From Promethearchaeota archaeon (lineage in GTDB: Archaea > Asgardarchaeota > Lokiarchaeia > Sigyniarchaeales > SOKP01), in the NCBI GenBank assembly GCA_016839555.1, contig JAEOUA010000006.1, positions 192,001 through 256,000 on the forward strand: 64,000 nucleotides of DNA, in the 5' to 3' direction. Under the pieces are notes generated by a model, which searched no databases, was not told where the DNA came from, and saw nothing but the letters and a program-made list of their open reading frames with translations. Position 1 is the first letter of the stretch, and the number at the start of each line of letters is the position of its first letter. Of this stretch, positions 61,381 to 64,000 are shown in pieces. A program made the translations under genes and the position numbers.

Positions 61381-63390
61381 ATGAATAAATATAAAAGAGA
61401 AAGAGGAATTTACTATACTCCTCAGAAAATTGCTGCTTATTTAACCAGAAAAGCCCTAATTTATTATTTGTATGATGATAATAATAAAATTATCGATTCT
61501 TTCAATCAATTGATTAGTTCTTTTAGGGGAAATCTTTCAAAACTACAGTATTCTATTAATTCTCTAAAAATATTGGATCCCGCATGCGGAACGGGAATAT
61601 TTTTGAAGTGTGCAGTTGACTTAATAACTGAATTAAAATTGAAAATTAGGAATTTTTTGGGAGAAAATAATCAAAATAATAACTTTACAAAAGCTCATAT
61701 GGAGCAAGATATAATTTTAAATAATATATATGGGGTAGATATCGATAAAAATGCTATTAGAAAGACCCAGCAATATTTTCTAGCAAAAATTAATATTTTT
61801 GATAATATAAGCATAGATCTTATGTCTAAGTTCAATGTGGGCAATAGTATCGTAAACGGGAGTTTTAAGACGATTAAAGGAATTAATTGGTATAATGAAT
61901 TTAAAAGTATCATGGATGAGGGAGGATTTGATATAATTATTGGAAATCCTCCTTGGGGCGCTGATTTAAGTGGGATACGAGAGTACTTACAAAAAGAATA
62001 TCCAATTGTCGCAAGGGGACAATTTGATTCATATTCCGTCTTTCTTTATATGGCTCTTAGAGACTTATTAAAAGAAAATGGTGTACTTGGGTTTGTTTTA
62101 CCGAATGAGTTTTGTTTTTTAGACCAATATAAATCATTTCGGGAATATTTATTAAATTTCGAGATTTGTGAGTTAATTAATTTAGGGTTTAATATTTTCA
62201 ATGACGTGCAGAAACCGGCCTTATTATTTCTCATTAAGAACTCTAAAAAAGAAGATTTAAATGAAAATAAAAAATCAAAGAAAATTTTTATTTCAGTAGG
62301 CATATCCGATGCAGAGAAAAAGATTTTATTAGCAAAACACACCAATCTCCAAGAAATAATAAAGAAAAAATCATATTTTCGATCTCAACAAGATTTTGTA
62401 GAAAATAGAAATTATATTTTCGATATCTTTTCAGACCCTATCGATAGGGAAATAATAGAAATTATAAAATCTCAAGATTTTCCTCCCTTGAAGCACTATT
62501 TTATTAATGGGCGAGGAATAGATACAAATAGGAAAGGAAAATATTTCATTTGTCCAAAATGTGGCCTTTTAAATCCACCATTCGGGAGAGGCCATTCTGG
62601 AAGAATTTCTGAAAAGAAATGTATTGCTGGCAATTGTAATTTTATTTTTCAAAAAAAGAACAAAGAACAATATGAAAAAATTGAATTAATTTCTGAAGAA
62701 GACTTTCCTAAAGCAGGCTATACCGCTCCAGGTTATATAGGAGAAGATTTGTATAAACTTCATTTTGCAAGAGCCCCTCGAGCTGTAAAATATTATGGAT
62801 ATAGATTTAATAATTCCGTTGATAAAAATCTTTTTCAGCGCTATTCCGGAATTCAATGGGGTAAACATGAATTATATGATGGTGAAAAATTATTAATGAG
62901 AAAAGTTTCCAGCGGGCATAACCTACAAGTTATGGTTCATAATGGTTTTCTCGTGACTAATCAACAAATCTATATTTTCAAAAAGAAAACCATATTCAAT
63001 TCTCTCTCGATTTATTATTTTCTAGGAGTTCTTGCTTCTCGATTAATCCATTATTACTATCTGAAACAATATGGAGATCCCGATAAAAAAGTATTACCTC
63101 ATTTTACTCAAGCTAATATTAAATCCCTCCCCATTCCTCTGGTAAGCATTGAAAATGTTGCTTATAAAAATATTGTTAACATTTCAAAAAAACTTACAGT
63201 AACGATTTCAAAATATTTCATGAACAACATGCATCCAAGGCTTAATATTAATAAAGAATTTATCCAAAAAATTGAGAGACTTTATGCAACATTAGATGAA
63301 AGTGTATTTTCAATCTTTAATATTGAAAATGACTATATAAAGCATGAGATTGTAATTCGAGCGAATAAAAATAGTTTTTCTCTCTTTTAA
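61381..63390 (+). CDS. N6-adenine DNA methyltransferase (gamma class) with TaqI-like C-terminal specificity domain
   Basis: GIYYTP, ILDPACGTGIF, GVDID and FDIIIGNPPW motifs; FLGVLASRL...IKSLPIP. Confidence 0.9.
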   Translation: MNKYKRERGIYYTPQKIAAYLTRKALIYYLYDDNNKIIDSFNQLISSFRGNLSKLQYSINSLKILDPACGTGIFLKCAVDLITELKLKIRNFLGENNQNNNFTKAHMEQDIILNNIYGVDIDKNAIRKTQQYFLAKINIFDNISIDLMSKFNVGNSIVNGSFKTIKGINWYNEFKSIMDEGGFDIIIGNPPWGADLSGIREYLQKEYPIVARGQFDSYSVFLYMALRDLLKENGVLGFVLPNEFCFLDQYKSFREYLLNFEICELINLGFNIFNDVQKPALLFLIKNSKKEDLNENKKSKKIFISVGISDAEKKILLAKHTNLQEIIKKKSYFRSQQDFVENRNYIFDIFSDPIDREIIEIIKSQDFPPLKHYFINGRGIDTNRKGKYFICPKCGLLNPPFGRGHSGRISEKKCIAGNCNFIFQKKNKEQYEKIELISEEDFPKAGYTAPGYIGEDLYKLHFARAPRAVKYYGYRFNNSVDKNLFQRYSGIQWGKHELYDGEKLLMRKVSSGHNLQVMVHNGFLVTNQQIYIFKKKTIFNSLSIYYFLGVLASRLIHYYYLKQYGDPDKKVLPHFTQANIKSLPIPLVSIENVAYKNIVNISKKLTVTISKYFMNNMHPRLNINKEFIQKIERLYATLDESVFSIFNIENDYIKHEIVIRANKNSFSLF

Positions 63391-63499
63391 ATATTAACAT
63401 CAAAATAGTCATAACCTAAAAATTAAATAAAAATCCATTCTATTTTTATTATTATATTTATAATAAAAGTTACCAATTCCTTATAGAAATTTAAATCCT

Positions 63500-63823
63500 A
63501 TGTCTCAACAAGAAAAATTGTATAACCTACTCTCTAAAAATGAACAGCTTGAATGTAAAACTAAATTATTAGAAGTGACATTAAATCAAAGAGAGCTTAT
63601 CATAGAAAATTTAAAGCGCCAACTTCTAAAAATCATGGAAAAGTTGGAAAAAAGGGAATTTATAATTAAATCATTAACCGAAAAATCCAACAAATTGGAG
63701 GTTATGATGAGAGAAAAAGACAGTACGATTAAAGATTTGAAACAATCTGTCCAAAATTTAGAGTTATTATATAATAAAGCTCAAAAGACTCTTAAAAAAT
63801 TGAAAATCAAAAATAAAAAGTAA
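63500..63823 (+). CDS. Small coiled-coil protein
   Basis: Continuous heptad pattern. Confidence 0.6.
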   Translation: MSQQEKLYNLLSKNEQLECKTKLLEVTLNQRELIIENLKRQLLKIMEKLEKREFIIKSLTEKSNKLEVMMREKDSTIKDLKQSVQNLELLYNKAQKTLKKLKIKNKK

Positions 63824-63862
63824 GATTTCAACGATTTTTTAAAAAAAAACCAATTATTCTAT

Positions 63863-64000
63863 TTACATAAATCTCTCAGCTCTCTTAGTCCCGCGAATAT
63901 GTTCTTCAAGATCTATCTTAAGAATGTCCTTCACTCTCTTTTGTATTTCTTCTGATAAATCCTCTAGCTTAAAATAATTATGTTCGAAACAATAATGAAT
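63863..64000 (-). CDS. 3' end of a CDS entering from the right edge
   Basis: Open frame IHYCFEHNYF...KRAERFM* ending at 63863. Confidence 0.55.
   Translation of the reverse strand: MHYCFEHNYFKLEDLSEEIQKRVKDILKIDLEEHIRGTKRAERFM

Noticed and set aside
1166-62868. Many short antisense or alternative-frame ORFs in the track (e.g. 1166, 7078, 10611, 12028, 18707, 25463, 57171, 62046)
   Set aside because: They lie within well-supported genes and have no motifs; treated as shadow ORFs

Overview
This is an AT-rich (about 30% GC by eye) archaeal chromosome segment. TATA-box promoters, oligo-T terminators and the gene content (SCP2 proteins, URO-D-like protein, wHTH regulators, HtpG, coiled-coil/Zn-ribbon paralogs) point to an Asgard archaeon, probably Lokiarchaeia; that assignment is an inference. 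The window holds about 60 CDSs: a sugar/polyol catabolic cluster, a B12-binding protein plus opine dehydrogenase pair, a pelota/aRF1-like protein lacking domain 1, a VapBC pair, an alkyl-sulfatase-like MBL with an SCP2-membrane partner, queC/D/E, aroK, htpG, an ABC exporter, a sulfatase, a Staygreen homolog, an ARPP-1 operon, an RNase J-like enzyme and an orphan N6-adenine methyltransferase. No rRNA, tRNA, CRISPR array or intact transposase was recognised. The strongest candidates for new biology are three tandem head/coiled-coil/Zn-ribbon paralogs (22-25 kb), a structured ~130-nt intergenic ncRNA candidate (56.7-56.85 kb) and the B12/opine-dehydrogenase pair. Several genes are interrupted by single-base frameshifts or an in-frame stop. 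All family calls come from motif recognition, not database searches.
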